Assembly (NCBI GenBank): GCA_001275005.1
Contig: JWZX01002898.1
Location: forward strand, 1 to 49,855
Reading direction: 5' to 3'
Source of the DNA: Chrysochromulina tobinii
Lineage: Eukaryota
DNA: 49,855 nt
The translations under genes were made by a program, and so were the position numbers. Below are positions 12,097 to 23,668 of this stretch, in pieces (within the stretch, counting starts at the first letter, position 1; the number at the start of each line of letters is the position of its first letter). Below the pieces are notes generated by a model. It saw only the letters and a list, made by a program, of their open reading frames with translations. It had not been told where the DNA came from and did no database searches.

Positions 12097-13038
12097 ATGG
12101 CGGCAGTCATCCTGTTGCTGAACACATGCACTGCGTGGTCGAGTTTACGACCTGCAATGCGCCAGCCAGCGTGCAGCCCACGCATGCAGCTATTCGCCAA
12201 TCCGTTCGAAAAGATGGCCGAGCTCATGGGGCCCACTGATGGACCTATCAGCCTTGCGCGAGACGACTTTGCCCGGCCGACGTGGGACCTGACGCAGCTG
12301 CGCGAAGCGAGCTCGGCGCCACCCGTGTACGTCATCGACGATTTTCTAAGCGAAGCGGAGTGCGACGCTTGCCGCATGGCCGCCGAGGAAGGCAGGTTCC
12401 CGGCGGTGCCTTACGGGGCGAAGAACAAGATCTTCACGGGCACCAAGTGGGCGGCCCATCAGCAGCACGAGTCCGTCGACGTCTTCCTCGAGCGCGCGTG
12501 CAAAGCCTTTAACGGCGTGCCAGCGAGTCGGTTCGACCCGGTGACCGTCACGCGGTACGGTCCGGGCCAGTACCAGGCGAAGCATCTGGACGCACGGCTA
12601 CCACATGAGATCAAGCGCACAGCCGCGTACCTGGCCAGCGGCGGTCAGCGCATCGCGCAAGTGATCTGCTACCTGCAAGCGCCCGAAGCGGGAGGTGCGA
12701 CCAAATTCTTTGGGCCTGCGTTCAAGGGGCTCGCAATCGAGCCGAGAAAGGGGCGTGCGCTCATCTTCCCAACCGCGACGCTGGACGGGCTCGCGGACGA
12801 GCGCTACCTGCACAGCGGCGAGCCCGTCGACGCTGGCACCAAGTGGATTGTGGGCACGTGGCTGATGGAAGCGGATCGAACGGACGCGAAGGAGGTGGCC
12901 AAGGCGATCGAGCAGCTGTGGAAGCTCGAGGGGCGCGAGCCTCCGCCGATGCGAGCCTCTGCTAGGGGCTTGGGCGAGGCAGCGAAGAGCGGGCTGGCGA
13001 TGGGCAAGTCCAAAAGTGGTAAGGCCAAACGCAAGTAG
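12097..13038 (+). CDS. 2-oxoglutarate/Fe(II)-dependent dioxygenase, prolyl 4-hydroxylase-like, probably plastid- or secretory-targeted
   Basis: IDDFLSEAECD, RYGPGQ..KHLD (HxD), ICYL...GGATKF, LHSGEPV..GTKW; hydrophobic N-terminus followed by S/R/P-rich transit-like segment ending SPRM. Confidence 0.9.
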   Translation: MAAVILLLNTCTAWSSLRPAMRQPACSPRMQLFANPFEKMAELMGPTDGPISLARDDFARPTWDLTQLREASSAPPVYVIDDFLSEAECDACRMAAEEGRFPAVPYGAKNKIFTGTKWAAHQQHESVDVFLERACKAFNGVPASRFDPVTVTRYGPGQYQAKHLDARLPHEIKRTAAYLASGGQRIAQVICYLQAPEAGGATKFFGPAFKGLAIEPRKGRALIFPTATLDGLADERYLHSGEPVDAGTKWIVGTWLMEADRTDAKEVAKAIEQLWKLEGREPPPMRASARGLGEAAKSGLAMGKSKSGKAKRK

Positions 13039-13485
13039 AGACGAGAGCCGCACCGCGCTGCTCCTGATGGTCCGTTCGATTTGATGAAGTGGCACCATCT
13101 TTCGTTTCCCGTACAAGATGTGCTCGGCTGTCGTGTGTACGACAGTGACGCAATGTAAAAAGTAGTCTGTCCCATTCGTTTTCGCCTCACCCGCTCATCC
13201 TTTCGAGATTCGACACTTCCATACAGGACAGTTCTTCTTCCAGGTGACGTGACTCTAATTATGCATGGTGAGCTGCCGCTCTCGGGGTGGCACTGGCACA
13301 CTCTGGCAGCTCGGCTGGTGCTGGAGCGGCGCGGTCCTCCAGCGAGCCGGTACGACGTACGTGCACCCCAAAAGGCTCACTGCCGCCCCCGCTCACTTTC
13401 TCGGGCGTGAACGCCGTCTCGGGCGCGAGCGCCGTCTCGGGCGTGAACGCCGTCTCGGGCGTGAACGCCCACGGGCTCACCCCGC

Positions 13486-16400
13486 TCACTTTCTCGGCGA
13501 CGGCACAGACGTGCGGCGGTAGTCAGGGCGAGAGTCAGGAGCCTCAATCGGCGGCGGCGCGACCTTGCCGAGCTTGGCGAACGAGCCAGACGCCTCGGAG
13601 GCTGCACGCTTCAATGGCGTCGGCACGCCGCTGGGCCGCGCGGAGCTGGCGGCGGAGGTGGTGCTACTCCTACCGACGCTGCGCGGCGAGTCAGCGGACG
13701 AAAGCGTTGACGAAACCGTTGGACGCGGCGAGAGGGCGGGAGCGCGCGGCGAGAGCGCCGCAGAGGCGCCGGCGCCGCCCGTGAGCGCTGTACCTGTAGT
13801 GAGCGCGCCGCGGGGCGACTTGGTCGGCACCGGGATGCTGCTGGGCAGGCCGGATTTGGGTTTCGTCAACGGGCTGCCGCTGCTGGGCAGGCCGGATTTG
13901 GGTTTCGTCAACGGCTCCTTGGCAGCGCCGGAGCTTCCCACAGCCTGTGCGAGCGGCGATGGAGGTAGGCCCCCCTTGAGCAGGGCCGTCGTCTTGCTCG
14001 TCTTGAGATTGCTGCCGGAGAGCGCCGTCGCGGGCGGGCTGCCGGAGAGCGCCGTCGCGGGCGGGCTGGGCGAGAGCTCTTCGGGTTTCGTCACTGGCGG
14101 CTCTTCGGAGACGGCGGCGGCCTCCCTGGACCTCTGATCCGTATGGCGCCTCAGCGAGTCCGCATACGCGGCAGCTGCGGACGAGGAGCGAGTGAGCTTC
14201 TCAAGCGCACTCAGCGGCGCACTCGGCGGCGCTTGAGCGTCGTCTCGAGCGGGCTCGGACGAGGCGCGCTCGAGCGCCGTGGCGAGCTCCGCACCGCCGT
14301 CGCCTCGCAGCGCCCACGACGGCGCTCGAAGCGTCGTCTCGAGCGCACTCGGTGGTTTCGTGCCATCCAACGGCCACGCGCTCGCCACTCGCGGCGTCAG
14401 CGCGGAATCGTGCTCTCGCTGTGGGGAAAGCACCGATGCGGAATCGCGCTCTCGCTGTGGGGAAAGCACCGATGCGGAATCGCGCTCTCGCTGTGGGGAA
14501 AGCACCGTCGCAGCCCGCGCGCCTGTGGACGAACGAGCGATCGGGACGGCAGCGGCTAACTCACTCGCGGCGGTGGCGACGGCGGACAAGTCAGTCTTGG
14601 ACATCTCACGACAGATGAGCTCATCCCACGACAGAGAATCGTCGAGGCATGAGGGGAGGCATGAGGGGTGCCCTGCGGCCATTGCATCGGATGCGGCAGC
14701 GTCGGCAAACGCGTCCGATGGCCCAGGGTCGGCGCCTCGCCAGGATGCCAGGGCCCGCGCTGCCTCGCTGTCGGGCGCCGTCGCGGCGGGCACGCGCACG
14801 CCCGACGGCGGTGGCGCGCCCGCGCCCGTGCCCGCGCCCGTGCCCGCGCCCGTGCCCGCGCCGTAAATCTCCATGCGAGCTCGCATCTGCGTGGGCGCGC
14901 TCCTCGGGTCCTCACAGTGGCAAGGCGAGGGCGGCACGGGCGCGGTGGTGGGCGCGCGCCCTCCCTCGACGCCGCCCGCCGCGTCGCCCGCCGCATCGCC
15001 CACGCCATGGCCCATGCCATCGCCCAGCACGGCGCCTCGCGACCGATGGCTCGAGGCGGCCTCTTCGTCCTCCCCGAGCGGACGAAGCTGACGAAGCTGA
15101 CGAAGCGAGGCGGGCTCCCCATCCTTCGACTCGTCCTCCTCGTCGTTGACCAGGTCCTGTCGGGTTTGGAAGATCCACGGATCGCGCGGGTCGTCCTTGT
15201 AAATGAAACCGCCGCCCACACGCTGGTACGACTTGGACGGGGGCAGCAGAGGCGGCGGCAAGCTCGACGAGCGGATGGGCGAGGTTGCCTCACGGCTGAG
15301 GCACGAGGGGGGTCCGAGAGAGGGCGAACGCTTGAGAGAAGGCGGCGGCGACGCTTTCCCGCTCCCCTTGCCGCCGCCGTCCCCCTTTGCGCCGCCGCCG
15401 CCCGTGCCGGAGCCGCCGCCGCCCTTGTCGCCGAGGAGCATGCGCATGAGCTCGCGCTCCTCTTGCAGGTCGCGACGCGCGACGCGCTCAAGACGCGCGG
15501 CGTTCTCGAGCTGCACACGACGGCGCGCGTCCTCCTCCGCGGCCGCTCGCTGCAGCGCCTCCGCGGCCAGGGCGGCTTGGGCGGCCTCGCGCCGTCGAGC
15601 TCGCTCGAGCTCGAGCTGCGATTGGAGCTCCTCGAGCTGCGATCTCGCCTCGGTGCGCGCCGCGACCACGCGCTTCTCCGCTTCGTCAGCTTCGTCAAGT
15701 CGGAGCCTCCGCTCCTCCTCAATCGCGCCCAACGCGGCGCGCATCGCGCTCTCTGCCTCCCTCTCCACGTCGGCCACGCGCTGCTCGGCCGCGCGCTCAG
15801 CACGGCGCAGCTTGGCCGTGTCCGCCTCGAGCGCGTCCACGCGCAGGCGCAGGCGCGAGGCCTCCCGCAGCGCCTCATCGCGCTTGCGCGCCTCGCTCGG
15901 CAGCTCGGCCGCGACAGGCGCGAGGCGGTGGCGCTCCTCATCGCTCGCCTTGAGCGCAAGCTCGAGGCGCTTGCGCTCGTCGTCCGCGTACCTGTGGAAG
16001 GAGGTGATCAGAGGTCATCGGAGGTCATCGGAGGTCGTCGGAGGTCATCGGAGGTCATCAGAGGTCATCAGCGGTCATCGGAGGTCGTCGGAGGTCGTCG
16101 GAGGTCATCGGAGGTCATGTGAAGGTCATCAGAAGGTCATCAGAAGGTCATCAGAGGTCATCACCGATGCGCGTCCTCGAGCCGCCGGCGCGCCTCCTCG
16201 CTCGTGTGCAGCGCCGTCTCGAGCTCCGCTACCTTGGCGAGCGTCCGCTGCATCGCGCGCGCCCCCTCGTCAGCATGCACGCGCAGCTCCGCCGCCTCCG
16301 AGCGGACCCTCTCAAGGTCGCGCGCGTACCTGATGAAGGAGGTCATCAGAGGTCATCAGAGGTCATCAGAGGCCATCACGTACCCGCTCAGCTGGCGCTG

Positions 16401-17513
16401 CGCATCGGCCTAATGAAGGAGGTCATCAGAGGCCATCAGAGGTCATCCGAGGCCATCACGTACCCGCTCAGCTGGCGCTGCGCATCGGCCTCGAGCTGGC
16501 GGCTCGACTCGGCGAGCACGCGGCGCGAGCGGCCGAGCTCGCGATCCATCTCGTCCGCATGCCGCTGAGCTCGGCCGAGCTCGAGTTTCGTCGCGCTCAC
16601 CTGTGGGGTGAGGGCGCCGTGGTGGGCATTTGCATGCTGGGACTGGGAAGGGGCCGAGCTCGAGTTTCGTCGCGCTCACCTCGGCGCGTAGCTGGTCGAG
16701 CTCGTCCGTGCTCGCGGCGAGCTGCTCGCGGTGCTCGTGGCGCTCGAGATGGCGCTCGCGCTCGAGGGTCTGAGCTGCCTCCTCCGCGACGCGCGCGCGC
16801 CGGTTCGCGTGCTCCAGCTCGCCGCGCAGCGCCTGCAGCTCCGCCTCGTGACGACGCTCATCGGCAGCCATTGTGCGCCGCAGCTCCCGCTCAATCTCGC
16901 CACAGCGGTGCGCCACGTCGGCGATCTCGCGATCTCGCCCAGCTCGGAGCCGCTCGAGCTCGTCAGCCTCGCGCCCCTCGCGCTCGCGCAGCTTCTCCAC
17001 CTCGGCCGTCCGCTCGCGCAGCGCATGCATCAGCACCGCGACCTGCTTGTCGCGCTCGGCTGCCCGCGCCTCGGCCACAGCCACCTCGGCCTGCGCACGC
17101 TCGGCCGCTTCCAAAGCATCGCGCTGCGTCGCGGCCGCAAGGCGCGACTGCGACTCGAGCGCGCGAGCGCGCTGCGTCGCCGCGTCGATGCTCAGCCCGC
17201 GGTCGGCGAGCGCCGCATGCGCTGCCCCGAGCTGCACGGCGAGCTGGCGCTCGCGGTCGTGGCGTGCGGCGAGCTGATCCGCGACTACCTGCTGCGAGGC
17301 ACGTGCTGTACTCGCGGTGGCTTCAGCGGCCGCCGCTTTCTTCTCGGCGCTCTCCTTTTCGGTGCGCAGCCGCTCGACCAGCGCGTACAGCCCCTCGATC
17401 TCGTTATGGAGGGGCTCCGACAGCTGCGAGAAGCCGCCGCCCACCCGCCTCATGGCGGCGGGCGTGAGAGTCGGCCGCGAGCCGATGTAGTTCTTCGCAA
17501 AGGTGGGCATCAT
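13486..17513 (-). CDS. Large coiled-coil protein with low-complexity Ser/Pro/Ala-rich tail; 4 exons
   Basis: E/R/A/L heptad-rich ORFs join in frame through introns 16679-16601, 16463-16330 and 16164-15992; last exon 15991-13486. No recognisable enzymatic domain. Confidence 0.7.
15992..16463 (-). repeat. Intronic 10-mer satellite arrays (TGATGACCTC / CGATGACCTC on the gene strand) in two introns
   Basis: Tandem gaggtcatca/gaggtcatcg units on + at ~16001-16164 and ~16339-16458. Confidence 0.95.
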
Positions 17514-17730
17514 CGCAGCCATTCGCGACGGTGCCTATGACAGGGCACGGCAGCCACCGACGGAGGACCGGCGGGAAATGCCATGTGCGGTTCTTCAACA
17601 ATCCGATTCAAGTTCCGGACGAAACGCGCCGTTTTGGTCCCTTCGCATGCAATTGGGGGGAGGGGGGGGAGGGGGGGAAGATGGGATTTCGTAGGGAGGT
17701 GCGAGATCGAGAGCGACGCTAAGTCCACCC

Positions 17731-20700
17731 TCACTCACAGTGCCCCACGCGCATGATTTGAAAGCAGGGGCCGAGAGCCCAAATATCTTGAAACGTCCAT
17801 GGTGCGGCTGTGTACTTGGCATCGGATACATAGCCGCCCTCGCTCAACAGCAGCTCGGGGAAGGTCCAGCGCTGGTAACAGATGGCCGGGCCTGAGAGGT
17901 CGAGAACGCAGTCTAAATAGACTGGCGAAGGGCCTGCGCTCGCAAGAGCAGAAAACCAAAGCAGCGCTCCTCGCCGCGCCCACTGCGCCCGCCCCGTCTG
18001 CTGCGGCCGCATCCGCCGCGCCCTGTGCAGCAACTGCACCACCTGCAGCGGCGGCATCGGCAGGGGCAGCAACGATGGCAGCGGCCATCGCCGCAGCTGC
18101 ATTGTTCGCAGCGGCAACAGAGGCCGCTTGGAGATGCGCGGCGTTGGCCTGGAGGGCCTGCAGCTGCGCTGGAGGTGGCAACGGTGGTGGAGGTGGCAGT
18201 GGCGGCGGGGGAGGAGATGGCGATGAAGGTGCTGAGGGAGGAGGCGGTGGTGATGGTGCCAGCACATCCTCAAACTCAAACTCAAACTCATAGTTCGAGT
18301 CATCCGTCTGATGTTCCGCGTCTGAATCATCGTCTGATGGTGGTGGCGGTGGCATGGTGGGCATCCGCTGTGGAGGTGGTGGTGGTGGTGCGGTAGGACG
18401 ACCGCAGTCGTGGTGGAGTGTCATGTGCCCCCCCGGAGGAGTACACCAACACCCTTCGGATGGTTGCCCCGGCCTCCAGCAACATGTTGCTGAGAAGCCC
18501 TTTCCCCAGTCTGGAGGCCTCATGCACCTTCGCATCCAGCGAAAGGTACGCATTTGCTAAAGAGTATCTCCTGCCCCTTTTGAAGCTCGTCTTGTCCCTG
18601 CCACCGCCCGTCTCGCCACCGTCTCCACCCGTCAGCTTGTCAATGGTTGCTTCAAAATTAGAAACTGCTTGCGCATGCGCTGCCAAGTGGGCCGCTCGCT
18701 CAGCATCTGTCGCTCAGCATCTGTCAGCACCGGGGCAGCTGGCCCGGCGGCATCGCGCATCGGGTATGCGCACTATGCCATCTGCGGACTGTGCCTCATA
18801 TTGACGCCCATCACTAGCGACTGAATTATTAGCCCATTGCGAGATACGGTTTGCGAGCTCACCCGCACGGGTTCTTTGCCGGACAGTCACGTGCGGCGCG
18901 ATGATTTGGCAGATGTCGACGCATCCTCTTGGTGTTGTCGGCAGACCGGGGGGTGCGGGATGCAGGGGCATTGGGTTAAAAATCGACTCACCCTGAAATG
19001 CCCCGTGGGGCACCGTCGGGTTGGTCGCAGCGAAGCGGTGAAGGCGCCTTCCAAAGTTCGGACTGGTACGGTGTTGAAATCTCATCAGGGATGAGTCTCC
19101 ATGAGCGAAGCCAACACGAGAGGGGATCGCGGTGGAATGGGATGCCATCCACGCCGCCGCGCCAGTTTGATTGCCACGCTGGAATGATGCCACTGCCAAA
19201 GCTGAGGCATGGTCAGTTGGTACCTGTCCCGTATTGCCTGCACCCATTCGGGAGAGCCTTTGGCTGGATGGTCGCACAGAGACCCCCCTCTGTAGTAGAT
19301 TTCCTAGATTACGTTGGGGAAACCGTTGCCGCCTCGAACAAAGGCACCTCGGAACCACATCGTGTCCGCAGGCGCGATATCGTCAGCCACAAGATTACCG
19401 ATCGCGGAGTTGTCGGCCCCAGCAAAGAGCTCGTTGAAGGCCTTCACCCGCGCAACCGGGTCCTTGCCCTCCAAGGTGGCGATAAAGTTGTCCCCGATCG
19501 GGTTTGTTGAATAGCGAAGCGCGCGTCGAGAGGGCACGCCAAGGCAGCCGCTGCGACACGCGCGAGCAGGCCTTGTTGGTGAGCCTTCTCGAGGAGCGCG
19601 GCCGCGGCCTTCGACTTCGGGCTCTTGTTGAAGTGCGGATGCGTGACGGCGTTCGTGAATTTTTTCACCATCGTGGTCTGCGACTTACCGAGGTCGCCCA
19701 GTGCCTTCGCCTCGAGTAGCGGTTTGAGGAAGCCGACGATCTGCTGGAAGGTGAGCTTGGGCTGGAGAATTTCGGCCTGCTTCCAGGCCTCGTAGAGGTC
19801 GATCTCCTTGTTCTCGGCAAATGCCCGCTTGTAGCCCCCCCCAGCAGCCACCACTGCAGCGGCCGCCGCCTTGACCTCGGCCTCACCTGCACCCTCTTGC
19901 TCGGCTGTCTTCTTCAGCTCGCACGCACGCCGCTCCGCCTCCTTTGCGAGGCTCCGAGGCTGTGCGGGTGGGACTCGCTCATGTGACGCGCATGTTCGTC
20001 AGCCCGCTCCTGCGCCGCCCGCGCGGCCGCCACTGCAGCGGCGGCTGCCTCGGCGAACGAAAACATGTGGGTGAAACGGCCTGGGGTGAGATCGGCCATA
20101 CGGCCAAGTTCTCGTTGCTCAGCAAGCCCGCGTCCCCGGTGGATAGCCAGGCAAGCTGGCCCTGTCGCAGCCCCCCGAGCGTCGAACCGAAAGCAAGTTT
20201 GCCTCCGCGGCCTCCGCGGCCTTCTTGCCGCGTTTCATCTCGTCGCGCAATGCCCGGAGCCCGTGCTTGTACGCACGCAGCTCCTCGGCTGACAGCTGCG
20301 GCGTGGCGGCGACGGCACCGCCGGTGCAAGGGCGCCGGTGTCATCTCTGATGCCTGCTGCAGTGCAGCCTCAAACTCCTCACCGAGGATGCGAGGAATCA
20401 TAGGTGAGATGATTATCACCTGCGCGGGCGAGGCTGAGCTCGTCGAGCGTGCGCGCGCTCGGAGCGTCACCAGCGTGACCTGTGGAAGCCGACGGCCGTT
20501 GAGGATCAAGCGCAATAGTTCCTCGGGAGGGTGTATCGCCCCCGTCCCTGGACTGTTCTCCTGGAGTAGTCGGATGAGCGTCTTGGTGGTTGTGTACCGG
20601 GGAAGGTCTCTTTGCGAGACGCACCTTGGCGCCATTCCGTCTTAGCGCGAAAACGTCGGTCAAGATGCGTCTCGCTGAACCGATCTCGTCAAAACCGTAG

Positions 20701-21250
20701 AACTCAACCACCTTCTTCTTCTTCGGTCAAGATGCGTCACGGGCGGCTTGAGGCTCCTCCCGATCCTCCTTCGGATCCTCCAAGCTTGAGCGCTGGACCA
20801 CAGCCTTGTTCTTCACTGTTGCCTTGTCGTGCTCCTTGATCCCAGTGAACTGGTTCACGAGGTCGCTGTCGACCTGAGCTTTATCTAACTGCAGGTGCCA
20901 TCCCGGAGAGCGATAAGGCGCTTCGCGTAGCCCTTAGGGTCCGCGGCGAACTCGCCGAAGCCCATGCCGGCAATATGATGCAGCGTGAGCTCATCACACT
21001 TGGCGTGTGACCCCGCACTCTCGGAGCAGACGATCAGGGGGCCCAGATCCAGGCGGGCCTTAGAAGTCGCAAACAGCGCGAGCACGTCCGGCTGCATCTG
21101 CTCCCCGGTGAAGACCGCCATCATTGACTCGCTTCTGCGTTAGTGATTTGGATCGGCGATGCTTGAACACGAGCGCACGCCCTTGAGCGCACGACACCGC
21201 GTTCTCCCAAATCTCAATTGAGATTTTAAGGAATCGTGAAGACATATCAT
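17731..21250 (-). pseudogene. Multiply frameshifted coding remnant, probable decayed mobile or foreign insertion
   Basis: Protein-like minus-strand segments repeatedly switch frame or hit stops with no evident splice sites (e.g. 20885-21124, 19979-20635, 19444-19854, 19304-19537, 18327-18686, 17735-18553). Flanked by CTCA repeats on both sides. No transposase or RT motif recognised. Confidence 0.5.
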
Positions 21251-21290
21251 CTCACTCACTCACTCACTCACTCACTCACTCACTCACTCA
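21251..21290. repeat. (CTCA)10 microsatellite
   Basis: Directly visible. Confidence 0.98.
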
Positions 21291-21368
21291 AGAGCGTGGG
21301 ACGGCTCCCGTAGGAACTTTTCCCCACATAACCCGACGCGTTGTATTGGCGGCAAGGGCGTTCAGAAA

Positions 21369-23418
21369 ATGGCGCAGAGACCATCGTCGCCTCGCAGCCA
21401 ACTCAGCTCGCTGCTGCTCGGCAAGCTCGGCGTGCCTGAGGACTCGCTCGATGCGGTGATGGCCGAGGCCCAGGAGAAGCTCACCGCCTCGGACGCTGAG
21501 AACAAGCTGCACAATCGCAAGCTCTACTTGGTGCGCTGGCACACCGTGCGACGGTGGACTGCACGCAGCGAATGGGGGCATCTGCTCAGCGTCCACTCCG
21601 CCTGGCAGGTAATCGATCTCGACGAGACGCTCGTCTACTCCAAGCGCCTGGAGCCTGGCGCGACGCCGGTCGGTTCGCTCATCTACGTGCGCGGCCAGCC
21701 TTTTGACATGCAGCCCCGCCCCGGGCTGCAGCACTTTTTGCAGATGGCCGCGAGCAGCTACATCGTCTTCTTGTACACGATGGGCGACGCCGATTACGTG
21801 CACGCGGTCATGAATGTCATAGACCCCGAGCGCCAGTACTTTCGAGGTGCGCGCCCTCCGCAACCTCGCCATGCCTCCCCCGCGCTCACCGTTGCCCCCT
21901 CTCGCCCCCGCCCCCGAACGCCTCGACGATGCGGCAGGTGGCATGTGCTGCTGGCGGCCGACCGAGAGCCGCCAGAGCAAGAGCCTCGCGCGCGTGCTCA
22001 CGGAGAAGCGCATGACGCTCGTCGTGGACGACTCGATCGACGTATGGGCCGAAGATCTCCCGAACTTGTGCCTGACGCGCCGCTTTGTGGGTGACAAGCT
22101 CGACGATGGGCTGCAGCTCCTCTCGTGGCAGCTCAAGCTGGCCCACCGCGCCTTTTACCAGGACGTGCCGCCCGAGGGCTACAGCTACGAGGCCACGATG
22201 GCGCGCGCGCCGCCGAGCTTACCGAACGTGCTCCGAGAGACGCGAGGCACGCTGCTCTCCGGCTGCACGATCGCGCTCACCGGGGTGGTCAGCGACCAGC
22301 GCGAAGAGCACGCCGAGGTGCAGCCGCTCTGCGTCCTCATCCGCCTCTACGGCGGCGAGTACACGCTCAACGTCGACGCGGCCACGCACCTCGTCGCACG
22401 ACGCAAGGATGGTTGGCAGCGCTCGCCAAAGATCAGTCGTGCGCTCAACAGAATACAGGTGCGTGCCGCTCCGACCCCGCACGATAGTAGGTCACGCGCG
22501 CGCGCGCCTCCCCCGCTCGCAAACCCTCCTTGGACGCCACGCAAGTCGCGCGCTACGCGCCGCGCGAGCACGCGCGCTGCTCCAGCTGCTGTGGCGGGGC
22601 CGAGGCCTGCGTCCCCTTTCTTGAGTCCGACGAGCCCAGCGGGCATCGCCCTAAATTTCGCCGAGAGAGGGGGATGGTGCCGACAGCTTTCGAAAATCGT
22701 GTGCCCCCGTTTACGGCGCGGCGGGGTGCGGGTGTGTCTCAAACGACGACGGCATCGAGAGCGGCCCACAAGTTCTCAAGTTCATGAGAGCAGCCCCCAA
22801 AGCGCGCAAATATGATATGCATACCCCGGGGCGCTTCCGTCACGGTTCAGAAGATTGATGAGCATCTTTCTGAGCTCGCGCGCGCGAATTAGAACGCCCT
22901 CTCAGCAACATGCGGACCTCGCTCGGCCAACCCCCAATGTCGTTACGGCAGGCCACTCGGCGCCGGCCCCTGAGCGCCGTCCCGAGCGGACGTTTCGCGC
23001 GCGCGTTGTGGCGGGCGCATCGGTCGAAAGAAAACCCAGCGCGTCGTCACGAATGCTTAACGGGGGTCGCCTGCATCCTGACGTGCGTGCTATCCCCTGC
23101 CCCTTGGTGTGCGCTCAGGAGGGCGCGTCCAACTTTTACGCTGTGTGGGACCACTGGCTGCTTGACACTTTGGCCTCGTGGCAGAAGCAGTCCGAGGCCA
23201 GCTACGCGATCAGCCTCGACGAAGAGCGCGGCGAAAGCCCACCGCCCACGTTCCATGATCACGTGGCACAACAGCTTGCAGGCATCAAGCGTGAGCACGT
23301 CGCGGATGATATGAGTGACGCGCTGACGAGCGTGCCTCTCAACTCGGGCGTGCCTCTGCGGAAGCGAAAAGCACCGGAGGCGGACGACCTTCCGCATTCA
23401 CAAATATTTAGGACGTGA
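21369..23418 (+). CDS. RNA polymerase II CTD phosphatase, FCP1/CPL-like (FCPH/NIF + BRCT); 4 exons
   Basis: KLYL-VIDLDETLV (DxDxT), RPGLQHFL, YTMG..DY, LVVDDS.DVW; BRCT LSGCTIALTG...ATHLVA...WLLDTLASW. Introns 21531-21608, 21847-21937, 22459-23118 all splice in frame. Confidence 0.92.
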
Positions 23419-23668
23419 AATCTGAAGAGGAAGACCGGTGGGCACACCCCCGTTGGCGGGGGTCCACGTACAGAGCTCAGAACCACGCGCTTCGTCATCT
23501 CAAAAGGCGCGCACTTCCCACTTCGAGCACTCGTTCACACTTCTCGGCACTCGTGAGGTTCGAGATTTTCTCAGAGGACGAGGGGCGGGGGTTGGGTTTT
23601 GAGCGCGGGTTTCTTCACGTGAACAGTTTGAAGGGAACTTGAACTGGGGGTTTGTGAATTGCGAGTAA

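Noticed and set aside
13259..17540. Long antisense and alternative-frame ORFs (e.g. 14668..16122, 15203..16333) and similar ones across the window
   Set aside because: Arg/Ala/Pro-rich shadow ORFs expected in high-GC coding DNA; peptides such as GHQRSSEVI, GNPWQSMAIH and RQSRGNQEAI are translated intronic satellites.
21251..21290. Telomeric repeat
   Set aside because: A CTCA 4-mer is not a TTAGGG-type unit and the array is interstitial.
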